Source: Heptranchias perlo (lineage: Eukaryota). Taken from it: 64,000 nt of DNA. Below are positions 44,648-59,600 of the stretch, piece after piece; within the stretch, counting starts at the first letter, position 1; each line of letters starts with the position of its first letter. The position numbers and the translations under genes were made by a program. The DNA lies in assembly GCF_035084215.1 (NCBI RefSeq), contig NC_090352.1, forward strand, positions 9,610,001 through 9,674,000. The letters are read 5' to 3'. The notes under the pieces are model-generated. The model saw nothing but the letters and a program-made list of their open reading frames with translations, searched no databases and was not told where the DNA came from.

Positions 44648-47600
44648 GTGAGCCTCCCTTTGTTAAATTTGTTTTTTCTGTGTCCTTTTTTCAATCACGT
44701 GTCCATCAGACATTAATATAATTTCAAAGGATAAATGAGATACAAATGTTTTCAAAAATAATATTTTAAATATTAACCGTTTGTGATCAATTTTAAAATT
44801 TGGTGTAACAGCTTTTTTTCCCGAGGGAACTGGATAGCACAGTGGGTTTGCACACTCTCCTTTTAACCCTGGGACCTGGATTCAAATCTAACCCTGGCTA
44901 TCAGGGTGAAGATTTCCTCTCTCTGCTACTTGCTACATGACATGAGCTTTGGGAAGTCTTAACCCATTCCATGTTGGTGTGAGCCCACAGTACAAAGCTA
45001 GCACGACAATGGTAATCTCACTGAGACAGGCCACAGATGGTAGGTGTGAGAAACAGAAAATACCACACTGGTACAGTAGGGGTTGGTGCTGAGGCACAGT
45101 GTTGGGCAAAGTAGGAGTTTTACTCCATAGCTCCCCACGTTAAACTTGACCTGGAGTGTTTAATGCTGACACTGAGTACCAAAAATGGGAAAGTGTTTCG
45201 TTCATGAGCACTAACATCACTCATCTTGATGAGCACAATCCTCTGCAAAAAAAAAGTTGTTCTATATTTTATCCTTTTTGAAATCCCAGTCATATTTCTG
45301 CTGGATATTAATAATTCATGGAAACTACTCTGACTTTCCTTGGCATTGCCAAGTATTGGGTAGAAAAAACCCTATTTGTAAGGACTTGTAAGATGAAAGT
45401 AGACAAGGTCCCAGGTTCAATAGCTAATCTTGGTCAAGGTGACAGTTGAGATGATACAATTGGCCTTGGTGTCCTTTGGCCAAGATGTTGAAAAACATCA
45501 GCCAGGGTTCCCTTTCCTGATCATTATCCCGTGGCTTCTTGTAGAAAGTGCAAGTGTGATGACAGTAGGCAAGGACACGATTGGGCTCCCCACACTCACA
45601 AACCTAGCCTCGCACACAAGGAATGGCTATTTGAGAAAAGTACCTGAAACCTGTGGGATCATACTGCAGAGTCAGGAGCGGAGGGGAGAACATTGGAGAG
45701 AGATATATCTACTCATATTGTAGTGGGGGGGGAATACATTCATTGGCAAGGGATCAATATACTCATTGTAGAGGGAATACATTTGATGGAGAGGATGATT
45801 ATACTCATTGTACGGGAGGGAATACATTAATTGGAGGAGGCTAAATGCATTTATTAAAGGAGGGATAAGTACATTCATTGGAGGGGGGTAAATACACATG
45901 GAGGGGGATAAATATATTCATTGAGGGGATAAATACACCCATCTCTAATGTTATGCTCTTTATGTTATACTATAGAAGAACAACTTTGCAGTAATGAAGA
46001 GGTAATTAAAGGAGGAAGGATCGAATGGCCGGAGAATCGAGTAGAAAGAAGTGTGATGACTTACATTTGCCCTGTTGGATTCCGACCCTATCCAGTCAGT
46101 TGGAGATACTGCAACAGAGACAATTATTGGAGTCAACTGCGAAATGTTTATGGTGAAACAGCACTTGAAGCAACATGCAACGGTTCGTCTTTATCTAGAA
46201 TGTTAAACTCCCTTTTCCAGTGATTCGACTCCAATGTTATGGGAAAGTCGATTTTAATTGAGTTAAAAATCAATATATAGTATTCAAAGGGTTATGCAGC
46301 TCTATATTGACTGCATGTTCTTATCAAATCAGTCTTAATATTAAAAAATTGGTTTTGACCTTGGTAAACCAAAAGTAGAAGTTTAAACATTCAACATGAG
46401 TCTTTCCAGTAGATTGCTTTCATTGTGACACATTCCTGGCCCATGAATATTAAGTTGCCCCATTTCTTACCAAATTCCCACAACATTCCCTTCAAAATCA
46501 CCCACTATGGATGTCAGCTGTGCCCAATTACACAGGGGTGTCCAAATTACAGCCCCCAAGACCTAGTCCACAAAGCCCAGGCAACTCAATTCCATGATCA
46601 CTTGTATTTCATACCCGTTTGTCCTGTTTGAAAGTCATGGGCCTGGAAATGTCAATTTTTGCACTGGTGCCTGACTGGTGGATAAATCCTAAATTATAAC
46701 GCCAGCATCTGTTAGTATCAACAACTTGAGTTATATGTAAACCAACGGGAAGAAGGATTTAAATTTTATAAATGGCCTGTACGCACCTGAAGTACGCCCA
46801 AAAAGTCAAAGTGTTTGGAGCCCCCTCCTCCCAGTCCCATTGTGCTTGCATCAATACATCCTTTCTCTCTGTTAGTGTCGCAGAGACAGGTCGATGGCTT
46901 TTAAAATATATTTAGTGATCTCTATCCGCTCAGAAGCATGGCCTGTTTTTAATACAGGTATGTGATGTTATCGTACGAAAGTTTGATACACTTGTACCAA
47001 ATTCATCTGACCACTATTCTAATGGGAACACAGGAACTGGAGTAGGCCACTCAATCCTGTTCTGCCATTCAACCAGATCATGGCTGATCTGTATATTAAC
47101 TCCATCTACTTATCTTGGTTCCATATCCCTTCATACTCTTGCTTAACAAAAATCAATCAATCTCAGTTTTGAAATTTTAAATTGACCCCCAGCCTCAACA
47201 GCTTTTTAGGGGAGAGAGTTCCAGATTTCCACTACCCTTTGTGTGAAGAAGTGCTTCCTGACATCACCCCAGAACGGCCTAGATCTAATTTTAAGGTTGT
47301 GTCCCCCTGTTCTGGACTTCCCCAGTAAATGGGGGCATTAACTCATTTAATTTAATTATCACCAAGAGTAATATTTAGCCTATGATGCGTAGCTCCATTG
47401 CTTTTCCAGATCGTAATGGATCTGTAAGGAAGAAGACCCCATACTTAGTTTGAATTTCTCACACTGTTAGTGTTAGAGAGTATATTATAGAGGCGAGCTT
47501 GGAGAGAATGAGAATTCCAGATGTAAAGCCTTCATTCATAGATTTTATTGTAGGAAAATGATACTCACAGACAACACACATGGCGATGCGACGGATGCAG

Positions 47601-50600
47601 GAGACCTCATGTTACTGTTGCTCAGCTCAAGCTCGGTCTCTACCTAACTCCCATGACGGTAGCTCGCAATTATACCTTCTGTAAAGCCATTATATACACA
47701 CCTGTCCCATGACCCTGCTCCTAGTTACGTTAGGACCCGTTGGCTCAACATTCCAAAGATGCACTGGCTCATTGGGGGTGAAAAGGTTCCACATCACGGT
47801 CTCAGGACATAACATAAATTGTCTTATCTACTTGCATTTACGGAAAAGGGTAAACATATAGGAATCCAAATACATCTTACATGATGGCAGTGGTACCAGC
47901 CTTGCAGGTTTGACTGTCTTATTGACATTCTGCACATACTAACTGTTTCAGCAAATTTCTGAAGACACTGTCTTCTAACTACAAAATGGAGTCTTCAGTT
48001 CAAAATGGAATCCGAATACAACTTTACCTGGCAGAGCTTCTCTCAGAGTCAGACATAGTAACAATAACAACAACATGTGCATTTATATCCCTCCTTTAAC
48101 ATAGGCGCTTCGTAAATACACGTAAGACAATGGGTGGCAAGCCGGGAAAGGAACGATTAGGAAGGAGGACCGAAGACTTGGTCAGAGAGATGGGTCTTGA
48201 GGAGCTCCATCCACAGGCATTGCATACTGGGAAATCCTGGACCCACTGATACGTACGGCCACCCACAAGGCACTCTGTCAGCGCCCATTGACAAAAAAAT
48301 CAACTGCCATTATTTTTATGCTTCTGTTCATAATATGTTTTTACATTTGCTTTCCTCCCATCCTCAGGAACCACTGCTTAGTCCATTGATTCCTTAAAGA
48401 TGGTTACCAGGACTTGGCTGCTTTCATTACCTACTCCCTTTAGTAATCAAACGTTAAGTCTAACTGAATGCCCTCAGTCTGCCTTTGGGACTCAACAGGG
48501 CTCCTAATATTTTGCTAATCATTTGCTTACTATATTTATAAACCTTTCACATTGTGCTTTATATTCCCCACAATCTAAACCCCATTTCCGATTGTACTCC
48601 TGACCAGTTTTTTAATATCATTTACCTTACTCATATTCATTTCTGTCCTTGGTTCTACCTTTAGATCTATACTTGAAGAAAGTTCTTCCCCCCCCCCCCA
48701 TTTCTTTCCTTGTTGCCCACATCAGATCCATCTTCCTCTGCTACACCTCTTCCCCAGTGATATTTAGAGACTCCATATTCTCAGTAATCTGTTCCATTTT
48801 TTCATTTGTATTCCTCCCTTCTAACAATGTGTTCCAGTATAGCCCACTTAGTTCCAGTCTGGCTCTCTTGGTTCCCTCATCTCCTTAAAATTGCCTCCTT
48901 AAAATTGAGAGTCTTTGTTATACTCCTCCCCTTCTCCATTGTAACCCTGACTTCAAACTCACCCATATCATGATTGCTATTTCTAAGGTGCTCTCTAACT
49001 ATAACCTTCTCCACCATCCCTGGTTGTTCCATAGTATCAGGATTAGTATTACCCTGCAGTATTACCCCCCTCCCACCCCTGAGTAGGTTCTTTAACCATT
49101 GTATTGTGCCCTATAACACGTTTTTGTTCTTTTAGTCCCATGTTAGATGTCGCAATATATCCCTGGTTAGTTGAAGTCTTCCATGACAATTTCAGGCAAT
49201 CGCTCAGATGCTTCCCTCCTGACCCGGAGGCCTGTAACAGATCCCAATAGTTACATTTTTTTCCTTTTAATATCACGTACTTTGATTCACACTGTTTCCA
49301 CTTTATCTGCTCCTGAGCCATATTTCTCAATCTCTTTCACATAAAAGCCATCCTCTTCCAGTGTATCCTTGCTATTCCTCTGGATCAATTTATATTATTG
49401 TATTCCCCCCCCCCAACCGTGTATGTAATTATTTAGCCATGTCTTCATGCCTCTGCCTGTGCAGTTTTCATTAGTGTACACCTTCCGTTCTCTGATTTTG
49501 TTTTTAAGTCTCCTGGTGTTGGTGAACAGAATTTGGAGACATCAATTAATCCCCCGCCACCCACCTCAATCTGACCTACTCCATTATTTTATTGTCATTT
49601 CCTCATCTGGTGATGTCCTTAGCCTTTGTACTTGAACTGCTGTCTACCATCCCCTCCACTGTTCCATAACATCTGGCCTCTGTATCTTTTCTAGCTCCAT
49701 CTTTCTTTACTTCCCTTTATTTTTGGTTTGCTCTGTTTGCTCATACCCTTTACCCCATTACTCTGTTCCCACTGCCCTACCTGCTCTTTTGGGAAGGACA
49801 CTGGTACCAGTCGGGCTCTGGTGAAGAACATCCAGCCTGAACAGTTTCCTCCTCCTAGAAATGACTCGGAAACCTTCCCTTCTATACAATCTACTCGGGC
49901 CGCAACTTGCTACTGCATTTGTTTCTCCCTAACCAGGTACATTGTGTAGCACTAGCAGTAATCCGGAGATTACCATCCTCAACCTCTTATACGATAATCT
50001 AGTCCCTAACTCGTTAAGCTTACCCTGCAAGACCTCCATCCTACTCCTCCCGTGTTGGTTCCTATGTGAACCATGAGTCCAGACTGGCCTACACAAGGGG
50101 TCTTTCCCTCAGCTCCATTGCGTCCCTTAACCCTGGGAGACAACATATCATTTGATACTTGGATTGAAGCTGCAAATCAGGCGCCTGCCCCTTAAATGTG
50201 GGCTCCTCCCCCACCATCACCTGGTCTCACGCATAGGCTTACTGTCACCCCCTGCAGGAAACAGTATGGGCTCACATGGAATTAATCTTAACCCTCTCCT
50301 GAACTGTAATTGCAGAAATGACTTGCCTCGCACCAAAACATTTTGAATTTGGATCGTTTGCCCCTGTTGAGAACACCTACAAAGTTAAAGCTTCAGTCAC
50401 ATTTCAGTGTTTTGATGGATACCAGCTGATTGGTTCAGCTACGAGGACCTGCTTGGCAAATGGCCATTGGAGTGGGACGTTGCCAAGATGTAACTCTGAA
50501 GGTATTTATTTGGTTTTTACTTCTTTTACACTGCTCACGAGAACAACAATCTTTTCAAATGCAGATAGGATGGTCTAGTAAGAATAATAGATCAGAATTT

Positions 50601-53600
50601 AGATTTGTTTCTAAGGATTTTACACATAGGAACAGGAGTAGGCCATTCAGCCCCTCGAGCCTGTTCCGCCATTCTTGGCTGATCTGCATCTTAACTCCAT
50701 CTGTCTGCCTTGGTTCCGTAACCCTTAATACCCTTGCCTAACAAAAATCTAACGATCTCAATTTTGAAACACCTACAAAGCATGATCCTTAACTTGAGTT
50801 GTCTGACATAATCTGACTCAATTACAAGGAGACATTTAACTTACTGTCTGGGCTCACTCCAAAGGTACCAAGGACTGAACAGGGCACAGTTCTATGTAAA
50901 GTGATAACTACTTTATTGCATTACGTTATCTAGTCAATGATAGGACGACTGTTAGCTTAGTCATCACAAACAGAACGTGTAATGCAGTATAGCTCCATTC
51001 AGATTACAATATCACACCCTTAGCTGAGTTCAACTTATTATAGCAGGTTGACCCCATTCAATTCTAAAGAGTACAATATGTGCTTGGCAAATTTAACCCT
51101 TTTAGTTTATATAACAAAAAAAAGACTTGCATATATATGGGGCCTTATCACATATCTCAGGAACATCCCAAAGTGCATTACATAGAATGAATTACGTTAT
51201 GCACCTACTGCTGTTATGTGGGTAAACAAATGAGAAAAAAAATGTATTTATATAATGCCTTTCACTTCCTCAGCACATCCCAAAGAGCTTCACAGACAAT
51301 GAAGAACATTTGAAGTGTAGTCAGTGTTGTAACATTAGGAAAACACAGCAGCTAATTTGCACACAGCAAGGTCCCAAAAACAGCAATGAGATAAATGACC
51401 AGATAATTTGTTTTCTCGTAGTGTTTATTGAGGGGTAAGTGTTAGCCTGGATATCAGACTAACTCCCCTGCCGTTCTTCGACTAGAGCCATGGAATTTTT
51501 AATGGCCACCTGAGAGGGCAGATGGGTACTCAGTTTAACTGATGGGGACTCATCTGAAAGACGGCACCTCCAACAGTGCAGCACTCCCTCAGTACTGCAC
51601 TAAGGTGTCAGCCTAGATTTTGTGCTCAAGTCTCTGGAGTGGGACTTGAACCTACAACCTTTTGACTCAGACGAGTGTGCTACCATTGAGCCACAACTGA
51701 CTCTAGGAGACTTGAGCACATATTCCAGGCTGACACTCCTGATGCAAATTGCTAAACTGCTTTATTTCACAGCAACTGAACATACAGAACAACAGTTATG
51801 ATTGGACTCATAGATACAACTTATCTTTCATGTAATAATATGAATTCTGTAAACAGTGTGTTCGATTGTGTTTGAACTCTGTTCAGAGAATAGTCCAATT
51901 GCCGTGACAATTGTATTGTATAACAGTGTGTAATAAGTGTGTATTTAGCATAAGTTAGAAGAAGACAAACCAGGAAAGGCGGCAACTTCATGGAGACTTA
52001 AATCAACAAACTGCAGAGGAAGAAGGAATCACTTCAATATAGCAGTTAATTCATCTTTTGGCTATGTTCAGCAGCCTTTCATCTTCAAATTTCTCCTTAC
52101 TTCTGTTGGTTAAGATGAATATGGACAATTCCAAGAGTAGGGAAAGAGAATAAGAAGAATGTAGGATGAATGGTAGGAGACTACATGATACAACACAGAG
52201 GGGAGAGCTGGTGAATAGCTCAGTGAAATCATCAGTGCAATTGACAGCAGCAGTAAAGAAGGCAAACAAGATCTTGGGGTGTAGAGCCTGTATATGCCTG
52301 GGGTAAAATAGCAAGCTTGTACAGATCACTGGTTAAACTTGAATTCCTGTCACTATAGCATGGTGGAGACTTCCTGACTTTCAGGAGGATACACAGGAAT
52401 TAGGCACCTGAGGTATGAGGAGAGACCTTGGACACCATGAAGGTTTACACAGTAGAATAGCAGGCGGAATAGAATGGAATAGAAAACTTAAGGAAGTTTT
52501 CAAGATTCAAAGGGATGTGGATAAATTGTTTAATGTAAATTGGGGGCACAGAGTGACCGCAGAAGAGGGAAGGTGAACAGACAGTTTAGACTTAACTACT
52601 TCACACAGAGGTTGGTGAATAAGTGGAACAGGCTGTCCAGGGAGCCGGTAAAGGCAGATCGTGTTAGCAGATTCAGAGTGAACTGGATAGGCTTTTCGTG
52701 AATGAGGGGCATTAGGGATAGAGTATGCGATGGGATTTTTTAAACCTTGCAATTGACCAGATGGGTCGCAATGTCCTAATCCTTCCCATGGACATTCCTG
52801 TGTTCCCAAATAACTGTGGCATTGGGTTACGTTCCATTCCTACACTCTGGGACCTGGAATCAAGTCCATCCAGATGGAGTTTTACCTGCTGGCTGTAAGG
52901 ATCTGAGGTGAAATGAGTTTGAGAAGTCTAAACCCAGTTCCTAATGGGCACAGACCCATATTAGTAAATGCACTGTCATAATTTGGCACAAATTGATAAC
53001 AAATTAACAGTTGCACTGAGGGAAACCCCAATGAAAGCTGCATTTGGAACTGAATGTCAGGGATGGTACTCTTTTGATACTGGACTATGATATGTGCCTC
53101 AAAGGTGTAGAGGGAGCTTTACTCTGCATCTGCATGAGATGTACTTTACCTGACCTAGCAATCCACGATGCAGATACTGAAAGTCAAAGGTGGAAAAGTA
53201 TTCCAGTTCTCATGCGGACACCTTCATTCTGTGTCTTTAAATGCGATGCCTTTAACAGGGAGGATCGACAGGATGATGTAGTATTAGTTCAAGATTAAAA
53301 TCATAATCTGGGTCCCTGTCCTATTTTCATTAGAAGGTCTCTATATTCAACATGATTTTATTTTCTCCATTTAGACACATTCTGCCCCAACCCTGGAATC
53401 CCTTTTGGTGCAAGAAAAGAAGGGAAGTATTATGATGTCTTTTCAACTGTCCAATACCACTGTGACAAACACATTTTACGGGGTTCATCAAAACGCACAT
53501 GCTTGGAAACCGGCCAGTGGTCTGGAGTGGAGCCTCGATGCGAAAGTAAACCTTTTTATATCTCGCTATTTTTTCTAAATCTTTTATCATAACTAGCAGA

Positions 53601-56600
53601 TCTCCCATGGCATTGTTTCCATTAAGGAATTCAGAGGAAATTTCTTTACCTCGAGAGTGGTTAGAATGTGGAACTCGCTACCACATGGAGTGGTTGAGGT
53701 GATTAGCATGAATGGATTTAAGGGGAAGCCAGATACGTACATGAGGGAGAAAGGAATAGATAGGCTGAAATAAAGTAGGGTGGGAGGAGGCTCGTGTGGA
53801 GTATAAACACCAGCACAGACTAGTTGTACCTCTTTCTATGCTGCAAATTCTATGTATTTATATGTTCATGCCAAGCCAGAGGATGCGATGTTTTATAAGG
53901 AAAGGAGTGTTGTAGCATGTCACACACAGTGTATTACTCTGCTGCTAAAGGAAAGATGCGTGTAATCCAGCCTATTTGTTGGAGACGATCAATACCATTG
54001 AAACTGGAGAATTCCTATATTAGACTTGCAGTGTCAGGGTGCAGCTTAGACATTGATCTTTCACCTCTGGGTCCTGAGTTCAAATCGAGCCCAGGCTGAT
54101 GGAATTGAACATTCCTCTGTCTCCTGGCTGTATCGGTGCTATGCAGAATGGGTTTGAGGATTCTCATTCCAGTTCCTAGTGTGAATGGCTGACAACATTA
54201 AATTAAATTTTTGTTAGATAAGGATATCAAGGGATATGGAGTAAAGGTGGGAAAATAGAGATGGGGTGCAGATCAGCCATGATCTATTTGAATGACGGAG
54301 TAGGCCCGAGGGGCTGAATGGCCTACACCTGTTTCTATTGTTCCTATGTTCTTAGACCACAAGGTCTTATTTCTGTAAACAGCATATCTTGAGGTCAGTT
54401 GGAAGTTAATTGCTCTTAGCCACATCTTAAGGTCAATTAGAGGGTATTTTCTGTTGCTCTTAAAGTTTATTTAACACTAGCAAGAAGTGACTGGTTTTCT
54501 TTGTCTTTTTCATATATTTTTTAACTGACAGAAATGTGCAAGTGACACCAGAGAAGTGATCAGCACATGTCAAAACTCATACACTTATTAGTTGATGTCC
54601 CATGGAGTTCCTCACAATGAGTCAGACAGTATATAAGAACAATTATTTATAATAGGAAGGGGACTTGGGGTCTGGCAACACTGGGGTGGGGGGTCTAAGG
54701 ATCTAGCAGTACTTTGAGGGGATTCTGGGGGTTGGAACAATTAGGGGAGGGGGCCTGGGAGCTCTAAGCATTGTGGATGGTTCTGGAATATGGAAGACAG
54801 GAAGGGAGTTGTGGGGTGTGGGGGGGGGGGGGGGGGGGGCTACTGGGTCCAGAAGAACTGGGGAGAGAGAACCTGCAGCGTTGTAGAGCAGGATTCAGAC
54901 ATTATGTCCAGTGAGCAAAATGACTGTAACAGGACTTAAACCTGCAATCTTCTGATAACAGCATGATTAACACCAAAGTCAGACACCTTGTCCATTAGGG
55001 TATACAACCATCTATAGTATTGGTGAGGGGGATGGCATCTGGCATCCTTGAGGGAATGGAGAGTCTAGGCGAGTGGGCCCAAAATGCCCTTGCCCCTCTT
55101 GGACCATTAGACACAACACCCACCACACTCCTGGCTGTCAGTTTCCATTCCTGGACCATCTTAAGCACTTTTTTGACCATCAAGCAGTCCTCCCTCATAG
55201 CTACCCCCATCATCAGCAGTACCTGCCTTTGAGTTCTTGTCTTAAAGCATCTGGTGCACTATTAGTGTGTTTACCAACTCATTAAAAAAAACAAAATTGC
55301 TCAGAAATTGATTGTTACATAGAATTATATAGACTGTACAGCACAGAAGCAGGCCATTTGGCCCAACTAGTCCATGCCGATGTTTATGCTCCACACGACC
55401 TTCCTCCGACCCCTTTTCATCTAACCCCATCAGTATAACCTTCTATTCCTTTCTCCCTCATGTGTTTATCTAGCTTCCCTTTAAATGTATCTATGCTAGT
55501 CGCCTCAATTACTCCTTGTGGTAGCGAGTTCCACATTCTAACCACTCTCTGGATAAAGAAGTTTCTCCTAAATTCCCTATTGAATTTATTAGTGACTATT
55601 TTATATTTATGGTCCCTCCTTCTGGTCTCCCCTGCAAGTAGAAACATCTTCTCTATGTGTACCCTATCAAACCCTTTCATAATCTTAAAGTCTTCTATCA
55701 GGTCACCCCTCAGCCTAGAGAAAAGAGCCTCATCCTGTTCAATCTTTCCTGATAGGTTTAACCTCTCAGTTCTGGTTTCATTCTTGTAAATCTTTTTTGC
55801 ACCTTCTCCAGTGCCTGTATATCCTTTTTATAATATGGACACAGTATCCCAAGTGTGGTCTAACCGAGGTTCTATACAGGTTTAACATAACTTCTCTGCT
55901 TTCAATTCTATCCCTCTAGAAATGAACCCCAGTGCTTTGTTGTCATTTTTAATGGCCTTATTAACCTATGTCGCTACTTTTAGTGAATTGTGTATCTGTA
56001 CCCCTATATCACTTTGCTCCTCTACCCCATTTTGAAGGAATATGTGGCCTCGTTATTCTTCCTACTAAAATGCACCACCTCACACTTATCTATGTTGAAA
56101 TTCATTTGCCAATTACATGTCCATTGTGCAAGTTTATTAATGTCTTCTTGTACTTTGTCGCAGTCCTCCTCAGTATTAACTATACCCCCCAATTTGGTGT
56201 TGTCCGCAAAGTTTGAGATGGTACTTCCAATTACCAAGTCAAAATTGTTTTTGTAAATGGTGAATAACAGTGGTCACAGCACCGATTCTTGTGGAACATC
56301 ACTTCCCACCTTTTGTCAGTATGAGTAACATTGTTTACACAGTGATCAAGTTTTAAACTCACAAAGTGGTTTGTTATCTTTCTTGGAGAGAATTTTTTTA
56401 GTTAAATTGGGAACCAAAATGAAGAATTGTGGGGTGTTTTGTGACGTTTAATATGGACAACAGACAATCAGGAACATTGTATTAATTCACATTCAACTAC
56501 TGGCTAGGTTTAGAATACATAGAAAAATGAACTGAAATCCCCTACAATTTTCCACTAAGAAAAATAAATCTATTCTCAGTAAACAATCTTTGTTTTGTTT

Positions 56601-59600
56601 TCTACCAACAGAAGATAACACAGGTACTGTTAATCACAGGTGTTGACTAACTGTCTTGTGTAGTAAAAGTTATGATGTGGAGATGCCGGTGATGGACTGG
56701 GGTTGACAATTGTAAACAATTTTACAACACCAAGTTATAGTCCAGCAATTTTATTTTAAAATAAAATTGCTGGACTATAACTTGGTGTTGTAAAATTGTT
56801 TACAATAGTAAAAGTTAAACAGCTCATGTTAGAAAAATAGCAGTTATTATTTTAAATCTGAAACATGCTTGAAATAAAACTTTGAGAATTCAATCTCTGG
56901 TTTGCTTCAAAGTCTTTTGGAGTGTGAAAAGGAAACCTGGAAAGCTGAGGCTGCCACACAACCTATTATATTAATAAGCAGTTACTGCAAAACACAGACT
57001 ATTCAACAGCACAAGCAATCTCTCCCCATGCGGCTGTAACATGCTACATTTCGTTGTTGAATAGGCAAATACTCTTTTGATAACGTGGAGGACCTGGCAA
57101 AAGAATTGGATGTCTTGGAGTCAACAGTTCGCAATCCAGGTAAGATTGATGCATATCTGATTTTCATTATTATTATTATTATTATTATCCTGTGGTGTTG
57201 CTCATGGGTAGGTTGGGATCTGGAGCATGGTTGTGATGTTTTGTTGCTAACCTGGCCTGTACCTTTTAAGGCTACTGGTCAGCACTTCCTGAGGTGGACT
57301 GATTTAAATACACATGTCCTGAGGCCTATTAGAAACTAGTTGCTGTTGGACTTTTCTCTAGATTTGAAGCTGTTTGGCTTCCATCCTTGGGGAGAGGTCA
57401 GGTTAAGTAAAGATCAGAAAAAAAAACAGCAGCAAATGCCTGGCTTTCTTTTTGTTTTTGGATACTTTATGTTCAAAAGTTGTTCAGTTGTGATTTGTTG
57501 GTGTTTTACACAAAGTGTAACATATGAAGTGTGATAGGCTCATACCACAACCTTTATGCACATATATTACAAGTATCTAGTTGATTTTGCAACAGAAATA
57601 CCACATTGCCAATAGTACAGAAAGTAGGTAATTGGTACATATAGAGACATATCTGGTTTCTTTAGTCCTTCAATGCCAAGCATGAGGAGAAACCACTTAA
57701 AGGGAAAACAATAGGACATCAGTGCCAGAGTGTTCTGTCTGTTTACATATAACTGAGGGGCATTTGTCAATCAGTCCAGGTCAATTGATGAATGTGGAGG
57801 TCCCTGCACCCCATCACCCTCCTAAATGCCCACAGGGACTACGCACTGCCCAAACCCAGTGTCCAATAGGACTCCTGACTCAACCATCTACAGAAATAAT
57901 GACCGTGACCCTGTCAGTGAGTCACAACACCCAAGCCGACCAACTGAGGGGCATATTTCTGCAAGTATCACATCATGTGTTATGCAGCAGGAGAAAGTAT
58001 ACCCAGTCACATGATTTCTCAGGATTGGGTGGTTGCAGGTCAGCTGACAGGCAGCCCCCATACATTCAGTGGAGTTACTCCATGACACCTGCCCATCAGT
58101 GATTTCACAGTGCAGTCTAAGACAGTGGAAGAACCCAAATCTGTTGGATTTCTGTACAGATCAAAATTTCAACCGATATTATGATAAGAGTGTATTATTG
58201 TCAGTATAAAATGGAAAGGGCTGTGAGCAACAAGCACAGGCGCTTTCCCTAGACTTTCCTTCCTGTTTAATGTTCCCTGCAGTGCGGGCGGTATGACCAG
58301 ATTATACTGCTGTCTTCAGTCAGTCTGACTACACGTGCTTATGTTTCCTCAGACCTTAATTCTAGAACAGAAGTCAACCCAGGTCAGAAAAGAGGGGTCA
58401 ATGTCTTCTTTGTCATCGATGCCTCAAGAAGGGTTGGAAACGAAAACTTCATCAAGTCTTTAAACTTTGTTAAAACCTTTATTAACAGGGTAAGTGTGAT
58501 TGTTAGAACTGTCAAATTATCCCAGTTCCACAAGTTCATTCTCAAGTGTCAAAGAGTCAGCACTAAGGTGATCAGGAGTAGGAACGAGTTACAACAGACT
58601 GGTACAAAAGGAAGAATGTACTGCATACATTATTAATGGCCTGGTCTTCGGTTTATTCCTTCGGTGGGTCATTTTAATATTTTAAATATATTTCAAAACA
58701 TGACCCTTAACAGAACTGTAAGTTACAGATTTGGAGTTTAATTGAGGGATTCAGGTCATTTATATACAAAACAATGGATATTTATATTTTTGTAATAGCT
58801 TTGTAACAGAAAGAATTCATGACCACTTGGTTTTGACACTTGAAACTGTGCTATACGGACACTTTAAGATGTTTCTGCTAATATTACATAGTGCATCTTC
58901 AACTAACTTGTATAGATCTGAGAACGCTAGTCAAAGTGTTTGAGCTTTCCCTGAAATAGGGGATAGCTGGGAATGAGTCACAGGCTGGAATCTAATCGAG
59001 AGGATCAGATTGTTTGTATCTAGAATAATATTATCTGAAGGGGAGAATAAGAGAGAGAGTCAGCTTGGGCTGCTCTTTTGCAATTCCTAATGGTCAGTTA
59101 CAGAGTGGCTTTGGTCGGGGCCTGGGTCCAGTGTCCCAGCATTGAGGTGACCACCTGTCCAATTCCAAAACGAACAATCCACTTTTTGGGCTGTCTGAAA
59201 ATTTCTAATATGTAAACAAGGCACCAACATTTTGTTTCATTTTTAAAACAAGGACCTATTTTTTTCACTTAATTCTGTATCTCATAATATGCAGACATTA
59301 TCTACTAAGCTTTGCAATGATCTTTCATCAGTGAAGGAATCCTGACAACTCAACTCCCAGGATTATTACCCCGCTCTGCTCTCCTTGTCTTTGGTTTTTG
59401 AATTTGGCAGAAGCTGGGAACCCTACTGGACCAAGAAGGGTCTACTTCCTTTGCCTCACTGTGCTTTTCCCACCTTTATTCATGTAGTCACCGTTATACT
59501 AACATTGCACGTGTGTCATTTTGGCACTGTTGGTCACACTCTCACCTCAGAGTCAGAAGGCTGTGGGTTGAAGCCCCCACTAAGGACTTAAGCACTGAGT

